DNA of 64,000 bases from the NCBI GenBank assembly GCA_050953065.1, contig JBMNLZ010000003.1, positions 288,001 through 352,000 of the forward strand, read 5' to 3'. Positions 37,802 to 47,685 of the stretch are shown piece after piece. Each line of letters starts with the position of its first letter. Within the stretch, counting starts at the first letter, position 1. This DNA comes from Bacilli bacterium. Its GTDB lineage: Bacteria; Bacillota_I; Bacilli_A; ML615J-28; CAG-698. The position numbers and the translations under genes were made by a program. The notes below the pieces were generated by a model. It did no database searches, was not told the DNA's origin, and saw only the letters and a program-made list of their open reading frames with translations.

Positions 37802-38482
37802 TTATTCTTCAATAACGATTGTTATTGTTTCTGTTTTAAATCCTGATTTTCCTAAAGTAATAACTTTTGGTGTTTCTACTACTTCATCACACTTAATCCA
37901 AAGTACAAAAGATCCAGCAGGACATCCTACATTAGTTGCTTCATTAACGTCTGCTGTTGCTAAGGCATAAGTGCCATTGTAAATAACATCGATAATTGAC
38001 GCTAGACCAGTTCCAATAGAAAGACCTATCCATTTATGTATTCCTTGTGCTGGATTATTTGAATCAAATGGAATCAACTCATCCACAGGAACCTTAATAG
38101 TAACTGTACTTTCATTTAAAGTAATGCTTTCAATTTTGCTGTGGTTAGCTGCAAGATCACCTGTTACAGTACTTATAGCCGCCACAGATACATTAAATAA
38201 ATCTTTTGCAACAACGCCAGCATCTTTTAATTTAGTAATTAATTCATTTAAGTCATTCTTTAAAGTACCTACGTTTGCTGCACTTGATTCTTTTACATTT
38301 ACCGCTTCTTTTACTCCACCGATTAATGTTTGAGTAGCAGGATTTATGGTGCAGGAACTTCCTCCTACACCACTTACCTCTGCGTTCTCACTAACAGTAA
38401 GTTTTCCGTTAATAATAATCTCACCATTAATAACGGTTTTCTCTCCGCCCTGTTCTGTATAATTTTTCACATTGTAACTCAT
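37802..38482 (-). CDS. Head fibre/decoration protein
   Basis: MSYNVKNYTEQGGEKTVING...LKNDLNELITKLKDAG; follows the capsid gene. Confidence 0.7.
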   Translation of the reverse strand: MSYNVKNYTEQGGEKTVINGEIIINGKLTVSENAEVSGVGGSSCTINPATQTLIGGVKEAVNVKESSAANVGTLKNDLNELITKLKDAGVVAKDLFNVSVAAISTVTGDLAANHSKIESITLNESTVTIKVPVDELIPFDSNNPAQGIHKWIGLSIGTGLASIIDVIYNGTYALATADVNEATNVGCPAGSFVLWIKCDEVVETPKVITLGKSGFKTETITIVIEE

Positions 38483-38495
38483 ATTAGTTACCTCC

Positions 38496-39680
38496 TTACG
38501 CCTTAATCTTTAAGATTTTAACAGCTTCAGGTAATACTAGTTTTCCATCTACACGTTCTTTAGCAACAAAACCAATCATTCCGTTTCCTGCAAATAATTC
38601 TTTTAATTCAGCAAATGAACGTACACCACGATCACCGATGTTGTAGTATGAGAAGTCACCAAATGCAATGACTGCTGCACCAGCTTCGATGTTTGGAACA
38701 TATGCAGATGTCAATACTTCATAACCAAGTAATCGGTCAGGTTCCCCAGCTTGAAGTGCAGGTTGCCAGATGTATTGACCGTTTCCATCTTTTAGTTTTC
38801 TTAAAGTAGCGATTGTTTGATCGTTTAAGATAAACTTAGCATTCTTTCTATATGGACGTTTTAAGGCATACACAAGATTGACGATTTCATCATATGTGAT
38901 AGCTGTTGAGCTTGCAGTAGTAACTGCTACTTCGCCACCGCCACTTGCTGCAAATATACCTAGTGGTTTACCTTCGCCATTACCATTTAAGAATGCATCT
39001 TCTTCAGCATTAGCTAAAGCCTTAGCAAACTGATCAATAAGATAGTTTTCTAAACCGAATGCATTATCATATAAAAGTTCTTCTGTAACCTTTACAGCCA
39101 CATGTAATTTGTGAGCGTCTAAAATTACTTGATTAAAAGTTGCGTCTCCAAACGATAGAGCTTCGCCTTCTTCAATCCAAGCAGCTGCTGGTTTTGTTCC
39201 AGCAATGTTGATTTTGTGCTCACCACTAGTTTTGATGATAGTTCCTAATTTTCTTAGAATGTTCTCATCTGTTAAACCTTGAATCAAACGAGTGTCATAT
39301 TCTTCTGGTACTAAGTAACCACCGCTTGAGTCGATACCTTCTTGCAAAATATTACTTACTTGTCTGAAATTTGTACGAAGTGCATTAAACATAGCCTTTT
39401 TGTAAGCATCACTTGCTCTGCCAGTCTTTAATTCATCATTCATTCCAGGTTTTTGTGTAAGAGGTGTACTTGTTGCTTTTTTAAGTTCGTTTTCTAAAAG
39501 CTCACGATCCTTCATACGATTAATCTCATCTCCCAACGCTTTAATTTTTGCTTCCATCTCGTTATAAGTTTTGATGTCTTCATCTGAAAGTAATCCATCT
39601 TTATCACGTTTACTTTCTACAAATGCTTTCGCACCTTCCCATAGTTTCTTTCTGTTTTCAATTAGTTCTTGAATAGTCAT
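38496..39680 (-). CDS. Major capsid protein (HK97 fold)
   Basis: N-terminal coiled delta domain, GGYLVPEE, AAWIEEG, LKDGNGQYIWQP, FGDFS, RVDGK. Confidence 0.96.
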   Translation of the reverse strand: MTIQELIENRKKLWEGAKAFVESKRDKDGLLSDEDIKTYNEMEAKIKALGDEINRMKDRELLENELKKATSTPLTQKPGMNDELKTGRASDAYKKAMFNALRTNFRQVSNILQEGIDSSGGYLVPEEYDTRLIQGLTDENILRKLGTIIKTSGEHKINIAGTKPAAAWIEEGEALSFGDATFNQVILDAHKLHVAVKVTEELLYDNAFGLENYLIDQFAKALANAEEDAFLNGNGEGKPLGIFAASGGGEVAVTTASSTAITYDEIVNLVYALKRPYRKNAKFILNDQTIATLRKLKDGNGQYIWQPALQAGEPDRLLGYEVLTSAYVPNIEAGAAVIAFGDFSYYNIGDRGVRSFAELKELFAGNGMIGFVAKERVDGKLVLPEAVKILKIKA

Positions 39681-39698
39681 TTTTGTTTCCTCCATTTT

Positions 39699-40406
39699 TT
39701 ACTTTATTAAAAAAAGACGTTCTAGCAGTTCGTTTGCTGATCGCCCATTTTTTATAGTTTCTTTTTTATTTACCACAATTTTATTAAGTAGTGCAGTAGC
39801 TACTTGTTTAGTTGAAAATGCATATGCTTTAACATCTGCTTGCTTCTTTCCATCTTTTAAGATGTCATCAGCGAACCCAAGCTCGATAGCTTTGTTTGCA
39901 TTCATCCATGTTTCCTCGTCCATTAAACGAGAGATTTTACTTCTGCTCATGCCTGTTTTAATTTCATAAGCATTGATAATACTTTCTTTTACTTCATTTA
40001 ACATTTCGATACCCTTAGTCATTTCTTTGTGATCACCAAATACCTGTGTTGCAGGATTGTGAATCATCATTAATGCTGTAGGTGCCATCAAAACCTTAGT
40101 TCCTGCCATCGCAATTACTGATGCAGCACTTGCTGCTATTCCATCAACCTTGATAGTTACGTTTCCTTTGTAATCCATCAGCATTGAATAGATTTGACTT
40201 GCGGCTATACAGTCTCCGCCTGGCGAGTTAATCCAGATAGTAACATCACCTGAACCACTGAATAACTCATCATGAAACATTTTAGGTGTGATATCGTCAT
40301 CAAACCAACTATCCTCCGCTATAGTTCCATAAATCTCTAGTAACCTTTCAGCGTTTGACTCGTCGTTCCTCTGATTTTTCCACACCCAGAACTTCTTGTT
40401 CTTCAT
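39699..40406 (-). CDS. ClpP-type head maturation protease
   Basis: WINSPGGD, GIAASAASVIAMAG, MMIHNP, ETWM. Confidence 0.94.
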   Translation of the reverse strand: MKNKKFWVWKNQRNDESNAERLLEIYGTIAEDSWFDDDITPKMFHDELFSGSGDVTIWINSPGGDCIAASQIYSMLMDYKGNVTIKVDGIAASAASVIAMAGTKVLMAPTALMMIHNPATQVFGDHKEMTKGIEMLNEVKESIINAYEIKTGMSRSKISRLMDEETWMNANKAIELGFADDILKDGKKQADVKAYAFSTKQVATALLNKIVVNKKETIKNGRSANELLERLFLIK

Positions 40407-41664
40407 TTAAATCATCCTCCTTTTTTGTGTTTTCTTTATTGGCATAAGCTCCAGCATCTCTTAGTGGCAGCATGTTTCCATTCACTAAATACAAATCCCC
40501 ACCATCTAAAGGTGATATGCGATCAAGGTTTTCAAGTTCTCTGATGTCGTTTGCTGACATCCAGCCGTTTTGTCTACCGATTGAGTAACCCTTCATTCTT
40601 GACTCATAGTCGCCTCTAAGCAGTCCTTCTAAGTTAAACTTAATGAAGCATTCCTTCTTTTCATCATTTGATAGTAATGCTCGCATTAATGATTGTTCCC
40701 ATCTGATCACCCAGGGATCTAAGGTGTATTTAACAAACTCTAAAGATTGCTGTTCTATATTTGAAAAACTCGACTTTTCCAAATCACCAACCATATGAGG
40801 CGGAATTCTAAAAATTCGAGCAATTTCATTAATTTGAAACTTACGTGTTTCCAAAAACTGTGCTTGTTCAGGAGAGATAGAAATGGCTGTATATTTCATG
40901 CCCTCTTCTAGTACCGCAACTTTACCTGAGTTGGAACTTCCACCAAATTGTGACTGCCATGCTTCTCTTACTTTCTTTGGATCTTTGATTGTTCCAGGAT
41001 GTTCAAGTACTCCACTTGGTGCTGCACCGTTTGCAAAGAACTTCGCACCATATTCCTCACAAGCTATAGCCATTCCGATTGCATTCTTTGCCATTGCAAT
41101 TGGCGAGTAACCTACCAAACCATCAAATCCAAGTCCTGGAATATGAAGCACATCTCTTGGCATCAAGACTATTGTTTTACTTGAGTTGCTGTTCATGATG
41201 TCTGATGCACTGGAATACTCATAATATAACTGTCCATTTTCATCACGATTGACTGTCATTCTGTTTGGCATTAAAGGATATAAAGCGATGACCTCACCTT
41301 TACCATTTCTGATAATCTGAGCATATGCATTACCCCAGAGGAGCAAATGTGTCATTAATGTTTCTCTAAATACAAACGAGCTCATTTCAGGATTAGGTTC
41401 ATCGTGAAGTAAACGATAAAGTGAATGATCAATTGCTTTCTCTTTTCCGTTATCCTCTTTATACCGATACAAATGCAGTGGAAGGCCAGCTACCGCTTCT
41501 GCTAAAATTCTGACACAAGAATAAACTGCAGTCATTTGCATGGCAGATCGTTCAGTCACATTTTTACCAGCGGTAGAACTACCCATTAAAAATGAATAGC
41601 CACCACTTATTACCTTATTTTCAGGTTTGTCTCTTGATTTAAAGAGACCTTTAAATATTCCCAT
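40348..41664 (-). CDS. Portal protein (HK97 family)
   Basis: AVYSCVRILAE, LLWGNAY, VLHIPGLGFDGLVGYSPI, EIARIFRIPP. Confidence 0.96.
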   Translation of the reverse strand: MGIFKGLFKSRDKPENKVISGGYSFLMGSSTAGKNVTERSAMQMTAVYSCVRILAEAVAGLPLHLYRYKEDNGKEKAIDHSLYRLLHDEPNPEMSSFVFRETLMTHLLLWGNAYAQIIRNGKGEVIALYPLMPNRMTVNRDENGQLYYEYSSASDIMNSNSSKTIVLMPRDVLHIPGLGFDGLVGYSPIAMAKNAIGMAIACEEYGAKFFANGAAPSGVLEHPGTIKDPKKVREAWQSQFGGSSNSGKVAVLEEGMKYTAISISPEQAQFLETRKFQINEIARIFRIPPHMVGDLEKSSFSNIEQQSLEFVKYTLDPWVIRWEQSLMRALLSNDEKKECFIKFNLEGLLRGDYESRMKGYSIGRQNGWMSANDIRELENLDRISPLDGGDLYLVNGNMLPLRDAGAYANKENTKKEDDLNEEQEVLGVEKSEERRVKR

Positions 41665-41675
41665 TCTCTCACTCC

Positions 41676-43286
41676 TTAAATAAATAAAATACCTCTTGAA
41701 TCGTATACTGATTCATTAGAAGTACCTTCATTTCTTAATACTCTATCAAGTGCCATAACTGTCGCTACAGCACCATCGATTTTTTCTACCGATTTAGATT
41801 TATCCATCTTAATGTTTCCAGCTGGATCTTCTCTGATCGTGATATTATCCATCATCCAATGAAGGACTGGATTACCATTTTGTGCGATACGTTTGCCAAC
41901 AACTAAGTTCATAAGTTCTTTTGTTGGTGAACTCATATCCTTAAAACCCTGTCCAAAGGGAACAACTGTAAAACCCATGTTCTCTAGGTTCTGTGTCATT
42001 TGAACTGCACCCCACCTATCAAAAGCTATCTCTTTAATGTTGTATTTCTTTCCAAGTTCCTCAATGAAAGACTCGATGAAACCATAGTGGATAACATTAC
42101 CTTGTGTTGTGTTTAGATAGCCTTGCGAATTCCATAAATCATATGGAACGTGGTCCCGACTTACTCTTTGTTTCATATTTTCTTCTGGTATCCAAAAGAA
42201 AGGCAAAACATAATATTTATCCTCATTTTCAAGCGGTGGAAAGACTAGTACAAAAGCTGTAATATCCATTGAGGATGATAGATCCAACCCTCCATAACAT
42301 ACACGACCTTCCAGCTCTTCTGCATTAAAATCAACATAGCAATCATCATACTTTCGCATGGGCATCCAGCGTTTTTCTTGCTTCACCCATTGATTTAGTC
42401 TTAGTTGCCTGAATGAATTCTCTTCACTAGGCATTTGCTTTGCTGATTCACAAGCTGCTCTTACTTTTTCAATGTCCACAGTCACCCCTAGACTAGGATT
42501 AGCCTTTTTCCAAACTTCCTCATCAGTCCAATCTGCATCGGGATCTGCACCATAAATTACAGGATAAAATGTAGGATCAATCTTTCGTCCTTCCAGGATA
42601 TCCTTTGCTTTTTGATGCACCTCATAGCAGATAGAATTTGTATCGTCTCCTGCAGTTGTTATAAGAAAAAATAACGGTTGCTTTCTGGCATCACCAGAAC
42701 CCTTTGTCATAACATCGTAGAGCTTTCTATTTGGTTGAGCGTGAAGCTCATCAAATACAACACCATGTATATTAAAACCATGCTTTGAGTAAGCCTCTGC
42801 AGAAAGAACCTGATAAAAGCTGTTTTTGTATTCGATCCTGTTTTTTGATTCAGAAATCTTGACAGACTTTTTCAAGTACTTATTAAGCTCGACCATCTTC
42901 TTTGCAACATTGAATACAATCTTCGCTTGGTTTCTATCAGCAGCACATCCATATACTTGAGCACCTTCTTCAAAGTCACCACAAGTAAGTAAAAGAGCGA
43001 CCGCTGCTGCAAGTTCACTCTTCCCTTGTTTCTTTGGAATTTCGATGTATGCAGTATTAAACTGCCTATATCCGTTTGGTTTCAAAACTCCAAATACGTC
43101 TCTTATTATTTGTTCCTGCCAATCAAGGAGTTCAAACGGCTTTTTATACCAAACTCCATCTGTGTGTTTTAATGACTCAATAAAGTTTACAGCTCTGTCT
43201 GCTGCCTCTTTAGAGTAAACGGAGTTTTTGGCTTTGAACTTGGTAGGAACATACTTCTTTAATCTTCCCAAAACCTCATCCTCCAT
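41676..43286 (-). CDS. Terminase large subunit
   Basis: PKKQGKS Walker A, VVFDELH Walker B, ITTAG, GGLDLS, KIDGAVA nuclease motifs (true start may be TTG at 43271). Confidence 0.96.
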   Translation of the reverse strand: MEDEVLGRLKKYVPTKFKAKNSVYSKEAADRAVNFIESLKHTDGVWYKKPFELLDWQEQIIRDVFGVLKPNGYRQFNTAYIEIPKKQGKSELAAAVALLLTCGDFEEGAQVYGCAADRNQAKIVFNVAKKMVELNKYLKKSVKISESKNRIEYKNSFYQVLSAEAYSKHGFNIHGVVFDELHAQPNRKLYDVMTKGSGDARKQPLFFLITTAGDDTNSICYEVHQKAKDILEGRKIDPTFYPVIYGADPDADWTDEEVWKKANPSLGVTVDIEKVRAACESAKQMPSEENSFRQLRLNQWVKQEKRWMPMRKYDDCYVDFNAEELEGRVCYGGLDLSSSMDITAFVLVFPPLENEDKYYVLPFFWIPEENMKQRVSRDHVPYDLWNSQGYLNTTQGNVIHYGFIESFIEELGKKYNIKEIAFDRWGAVQMTQNLENMGFTVVPFGQGFKDMSSPTKELMNLVVGKRIAQNGNPVLHWMMDNITIREDPAGNIKMDKSKSVEKIDGAVATVMALDRVLRNEGTSNESVYDSRGILFI

Positions 43287-43294
43287 ATTCTTGT

Positions 43295-43325
43295 AAAAGA
43301 AAAGCCGACCATGAAGTCGACTTCC
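43295..43325 (-). terminator. Terminator closing the amidoligase/GGCT unit
   Basis: aagtcgac-ttcatg-gtcggctt followed by ttctttt. Confidence 0.65.
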
Positions 43326-43343
43326 TCGTTCTGATATAAAATT

Positions 43344-43544
43344 TTACAAATCTTCAATTTTTGGAATTTCGAGTATTATCTTTTCAATTTCATCAGATTT
43401 CAAACCAAGTCCCGCAAGTGCCTGCCTTGTTCCGCAAGTAGGGCATATCGGTGTTTGATTATCTACTCTTGAAATCGCTGGATGACCTTTATAATCCTTA
43501 CCACATAAAGGGCAAACTTTAATAAAATCAGTTGTTGTTTTCAT
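43344..43544 (-). CDS. Small zinc-ribbon protein
   Basis: CPLCG...PAISR.DN...ICPTCG; overlaps the GGCT stop. Confidence 0.75.
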   Translation of the reverse strand: MKTTTDFIKVCPLCGKDYKGHPAISRVDNQTPICPTCGTRQALAGLGLKSDEIEKIILEIPKIEDL

Positions 43545-44001
43545 TGCTAACCTCCATACTTTTTATTAGTGCTTCTTCTAGATACTTAGGACTAAATCCA
43601 AATGTTTTATAACCTTCAAGACAAGTTGTCACATAGAACTTTGATGGCATCCCTATCTCTCTATCTTCATGCATGATATAAACGAATGCTTGTTTTTGAT
43701 AGTTTTTGCCTGTCTTGATGCCTTTGATGTTAATTTCCATATCTGCTTTATAATAAAAGGTTGGATAACCTTCGTATCTATCAAGTGCCTGTTCATCAGT
43801 TTCAGTTACTTTCCAAATTGCAACTGGTAGTGATTTTCCTTCTGCTTTTTCAATGGTTAGGTAGCCACCAGTTTTACTTCCTTTAAAAAGAAGTTCATAG
43901 TCTTTAATAAACCCTGTTCCAACCACCCTAGCAGCTGGACATCTTCTTTTCATCTGGCTAACGTTTAGGTTGCTTCCATAAGCAATGTAATATTTACTCA
44001 T
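43528..44001 (-). CDS. Gamma-glutamylcyclotransferase (AIG2-like) family protein
   Basis: YIAYGSNLN, QMKRRCP, LDRYEGYP. Confidence 0.9.
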   Translation of the reverse strand: MSKYYIAYGSNLNVSQMKRRCPAARVVGTGFIKDYELLFKGSKTGGYLTIEKAEGKSLPVAIWKVTETDEQALDRYEGYPTFYYKADMEINIKGIKTGKNYQKQAFVYIMHEDREIGMPSKFYVTTCLEGYKTFGFSPKYLEEALIKSMEVSNENNN

Positions 44002-44012
44002 GCTGCACCCCC

Positions 44013-44975
44013 TTAAGCCGAAACCATAGAAGCAGGTCTTACCCCACTTCTAAAGCTTGCATCGCCAGATAGTCTCTTTGTTAAGAACTCTCTTGCTGTT
44101 GAGAACTCTTCACCGATAAATCCAAGTCTTAATAACCATGTTCTCATAGCATACTTTGGATTCTCGTTTTGTTGCGGCTTTGGAGAGGCTCCTTTGGCTT
44201 CCTTAGCCATTTGACTTAAGGCTAGGCATAATTGAATGTAACTCTTTAATTGGCCAGCGTGAAGGCCGTTTAGCTTGCCATCTTTAGGTGCATCAAATTG
44301 AAATAATCTAAATTCAATCGTTCCCTTTGTAAAGGTTGCATGGAAGTTTAGCATGTGGTATCTTGAACCGTTGTAATGGTTGCTTCTTGCATAATCTTCA
44401 TTATGGCTTTTGTACCAAACATCTGCAAAACCACTCATTGTTGAAGGTTTCTTTTTGTTTAAGTTTGCTAGAAATCTAGGATCAACCATTTTGCAGTATC
44501 TGCCGATTCTGTTTCTATCAAGTTCTAAGGCCTCTACTAATAATCCTTCGTGACTTGCCATGATGTTTGTTAGGTTTCTCATGGTTCTTGGTGTGTGTCC
44601 GTTAGCTCCAATGTGAATGTGAACTCCACACATTCTTGTTGCATCACTTTTTGCTCCAGCTTTTCTTAAAATTCTGACTATCTCTTGCAAGTCATCGATA
44701 TCTTCGTATTTAAGAATTGGTGTTACCATTTCGCATTTTTCATCGTCTAGTCCTGCAATGCTTACGTCCTTTTGAAACTTCCAAACTCTACCTTGTGTAT
44801 CCTTGCAAGCCCATGTTTGATATCCGTATTCAACGTGTGCGTTCCATGCTCTTGTTCCAAAGAATGCCGCTACTAGGTCTGCAGCTTTCTTTCTTTTAAT
44901 GTTGTTCATTTCAATCTCAACACCGATTGTTTGATTTTTCATGTTGTCGATTTGATTTTTGACTTTTTCTTTCAT
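44013..44975 (-). CDS. Putative amidoligase (Amidoligase_2, COOH-NH2 ligase type)
   Basis: TIGVEIEM, DVSI, CEMVTPIL, CGVHIHIG, RYHMLN, GTIEFRLF. Confidence 0.88.
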   Translation of the reverse strand: MKEKVKNQIDNMKNQTIGVEIEMNNIKRKKAADLVAAFFGTRAWNAHVEYGYQTWACKDTQGRVWKFQKDVSIAGLDDEKCEMVTPILKYEDIDDLQEIVRILRKAGAKSDATRMCGVHIHIGANGHTPRTMRNLTNIMASHEGLLVEALELDRNRIGRYCKMVDPRFLANLNKKKPSTMSGFADVWYKSHNEDYARSNHYNGSRYHMLNFHATFTKGTIEFRLFQFDAPKDGKLNGLHAGQLKSYIQLCLALSQMAKEAKGASPKPQQNENPKYAMRTWLLRLGFIGEEFSTAREFLTKRLSGDASFRSGVRPASMVSA

Positions 44976-45017
44976 TTTAAATCCTCCTCAATAAACTTGC
45001 GTGTATTCTTTTGTCGT

Positions 45018-45059
45018 GTATATATATCACTCTAAACGCAATATATAGCAAGTCATTTG
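45018..45059 (-). promoter_or_regulatory. Conserved 42-bp phage promoter, copy 2 (amidoligase unit)
   Basis: caaatgacTTGCTA...cgtttagagTGaTATATA. Confidence 0.75.
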
Positions 45060-45096
45060 AGAAGTATTTTTCAACTTTTTTTGATATATTTTTGTA

Positions 45097-45324
45097 TCAA
45101 ACCTTATCATTGGCGATTACCTTAAATTTGTCTTCGCCATAGATCAAATTTAGTGAACTTCCATTGTCCCAATGAACTAAAATAGAGCCAATATCATCAA
45201 CTCCAACGACTGTTCCATAAGTACCAATTGGCGGTGCTTGAGTATCGTCCATTTTTAACAATTCAATTCTTGTCCCTTTTGGATATTCTTTTCTAAGCAT
45301 GTCTACTATTTTATCCAGCATCAT
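45097..45324 (-). CDS. DUF4314-family protein
   Basis: YPKGTRIELLKMDD.QAPPIGT.GTV.GVDDIG...WDNGSSL. Confidence 0.85.
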   Translation of the reverse strand: MMLDKIVDMLRKEYPKGTRIELLKMDDTQAPPIGTYGTVVGVDDIGSILVHWDNGSSLNLIYGEDKFKVIANDKV

Positions 45325-45335
45325 AACCCTCCAAT

Positions 45336-45551
45336 TTATAATTCATTCCCATCTTTATCAATCAACTTAATCTGAGTAATTGTACCGTTGTGAAACAAAT
45401 TCAAAGCGTACTCCAATGCTTCTTTTTCCGTCCATTTAAGTGAGTCGATGTAGTAATTCACTAAATACTCCATTCCAGAATATTTTGTTTCGTACTTCTC
45501 GCACACTTCCTTTAGTTCAGCTCTCAGTTCCTTTACTGTTTTATCTGACAT
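45336..45551 (-). CDS. Hypothetical phage protein
   Basis: 71 aa ORF with AAGGAGG RBS behind promoter copy 3. Confidence 0.7.
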   Translation of the reverse strand: MSDKTVKELRAELKEVCEKYETKYSGMEYLVNYYIDSLKWTEKEALEYALNLFHNGTITQIKLIDKDGNEL

Positions 45552-45573
45552 TTTTATACCTCCTTTTAGGTAT

Positions 45574-45615
45574 GTATATATATCACTCTAAACGCCTTTT
45601 ATATCAAGTCATTTG
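45574..45615 (-). promoter_or_regulatory. Conserved 42-bp phage promoter, copy 3
   Basis: caaatgacTTGATA...cgtttagagTGaTATATA. Confidence 0.75.
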
Positions 45616-46888
45616 TGCTAGAATTATTATCCGCATTAACTTCAACTTGCTTGACAACTTCTGTGAATGTTACTTTTTGTCCGTTTCTAATACAATAAAC
45701 ATTATCGGCATCGCCTGTGTTTTCAACGTATCTTCTTAAAATTACAGACGCATACTTTTCATCAATTTCCATTGTATAACAGATTCTATTGGTTAGTTCG
45801 CAAGCCATCAAAGTTGAACCTGAACCACCAAACGTATCAACAACAATGGCGTTTTCTTGTGAGCTGTTTCTTAAAGGATATGAAAGAAGGTCTAGCGGCT
45901 TACTTGTCGGATGATTTTCATTTCGCTTTGGCTTTTTGAAGTTCCAGATAGTTGTTTGTTTTCTATCTGAATACCAGTTATGTTTTCCATTTTTCAAGAA
46001 ACCATAAAGTATAGGCTCATGTTGCCATTGATAATCTGATCTTCCTAAAACCAGCGAGTCTTTCACCCAAATGCAACAACCTGCTAAATGTAGCCCTGCA
46101 TCATGAAATGCGGTTCTAAAATTCAATCCTTCTGTATCTGCATGAAAACAATAAGCCGATGCACCGAGTTCACAGTGATCGACCATGTTCTTAAATGCCT
46201 TTAATAAGAATTGATAGAACTCTTCGTTTTTGAGTGAATCATTCTTTATTTTTAGTCCACTTGAACTAGTGAATGAAACCCCGTAAGGAGGATCTGTTAG
46301 GATCAGGTTTGCCCTCTTGCCTTCCATGAGTTTATTCACGTCATCTGCATTAGTAGCATCACCACATACCAAAACGTGACGTCCAACAATCCAGCGATCA
46401 CCATATTCTACGAATGCAGCTTTTTCTAAGACTTTCGTTAAATCATAGTCGTCATCTTCTATTTCAGCTTCATCACTTTTAAATAGGCTAGATAACTCTT
46501 TATCATCAAAACCAGTAAGCGATAGGTCAAAACCTAAGTCAGATAAACCTTCAAGTTCTACTGCTAACAGGTCTTCATCCCATCCTGCATCAAGAGCCAT
46601 ACGGTTATCTGCTATGATATATGCTTTCTTCTGAGCTTCAGATAAGTCTTCAACAAATACACATGGAACCTCTTTATATCCTTCTGCTTTGGCTGCAGCA
46701 AGTCTGCCATGTCCTGCGAGGACGTTATGATCTCTATCAATAATCAAAGGATTAATAAAACCAAACTCTCTAAGTGAAGATTGAAGCTTCTTGATTTGCT
46801 CCTTTGAGTGAGTTCTTGCATTATTAGCATAAGGCACTAACAAATCTACATTAACTAGTTTGAATTCTTTTACTGATGTCTTTGCCAT
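45599..46888 (-). CDS. ParB-like domain + N6/N4 DNA methyltransferase
   Basis: N-terminal PYANNARTH...AGHGRL ParB-like; TDPPY catalytic motif; HPTSKP; DTFGGSGST SAM motif. Confidence 0.92.
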   Translation of the reverse strand: MAKTSVKEFKLVNVDLLVPYANNARTHSKEQIKKLQSSLREFGFINPLIIDRDHNVLAGHGRLAAAKAEGYKEVPCVFVEDLSEAQKKAYIIADNRMALDAGWDEDLLAVELEGLSDLGFDLSLTGFDDKELSSLFKSDEAEIEDDDYDLTKVLEKAAFVEYGDRWIVGRHVLVCGDATNADDVNKLMEGKRANLILTDPPYGVSFTSSSGLKIKNDSLKNEEFYQFLLKAFKNMVDHCELGASAYCFHADTEGLNFRTAFHDAGLHLAGCCIWVKDSLVLGRSDYQWQHEPILYGFLKNGKHNWYSDRKQTTIWNFKKPKRNENHPTSKPLDLLSYPLRNSSQENAIVVDTFGGSGSTLMACELTNRICYTMEIDEKYASVILRRYVENTGDADNVYCIRNGQKVTFTEVVKQVEVNADNNSSTNDLI

Positions 46889-47670
46889 TACACTAACCCC
46901 CATTCTGCAAATTTCTCGAAACCACCAAGATCACTAATAAACTCACGTGCGATCTCAACAATCTCTATATACGGTCTACCATCAATAATCTCATCGCCAA
47001 TAGCACATGAGAGTTCAATTGGTGTTCCTGTTTCTTGTGCTTTTAAGAAGCAATACACATTCAAGCTGACATCCGCTTTAGATAAGTCTTTACCATGAAG
47101 ACCTCCGCCAGTAACTGAATCAGCCATATCGGAACCTAGTTTTCTGTTGGTAGCACCTGAATCAACATCGATTCCACCAGTCCAGTCACCGATAGGATTA
47201 ATATCTGCATCGGGATAGACTCTTCTAAGTTCATCAGCTTTTGCATTACTTTGGCAGATGATAAGCCTTGTGCCATCTAAGATATACTTGCCATCACTGT
47301 TGTATTTAGCAAATAACTCTCTTGCAATGTTTGACAGCTTCTTTTGTTCAGCTGTTAGTGGCACTCCTTTAAATATTCCGTTATCACCACAACGAATCGT
47401 CCCTTTCTGGTTTTCAGCTAGGTGTATATCCTGCGGCACTTCTACATAGTCTATTTCAACGTTACCAGCAATTCTTTTAATGATTTCATTAACTTTATCT
47501 ACATCTAGCTGCGTGGATGTTTCAGTAATAACATGACATTTGCCATGACCTATCAACACTTCAACCGCTACTTTTGGATTTGTATCATACTCGTATGCAA
47601 GGTCAACAATAGCACCTGCAATACGGTCTGCAATTTTATCTGGATGTTTTGGATTTACTTTTTCGTACAT
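46888..47670 (-). CDS. metK: Compact phage S-adenosylmethionine synthetase (MetK-like)
   Basis: EKVNPKHPDKIADRI, GDNG, DGK, DSGATNRKL, GGGLHGKDLSKAD; only 260 aa. Confidence 0.8.
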   Translation of the reverse strand: MYEKVNPKHPDKIADRIAGAIVDLAYEYDTNPKVAVEVLIGHGKCHVITETSTQLDVDKVNEIIKRIAGNVEIDYVEVPQDIHLAENQKGTIRCGDNGIFKGVPLTAEQKKLSNIARELFAKYNSDGKYILDGTRLIICQSNAKADELRRVYPDADINPIGDWTGGIDVDSGATNRKLGSDMADSVTGGGLHGKDLSKADVSLNVYCFLKAQETGTPIELSCAIGDEIIDGRPYIEIVEIAREFISDLGGFEKFAEWGLV

Positions 47671-47685
47671 TAATTTTTACTCCTC

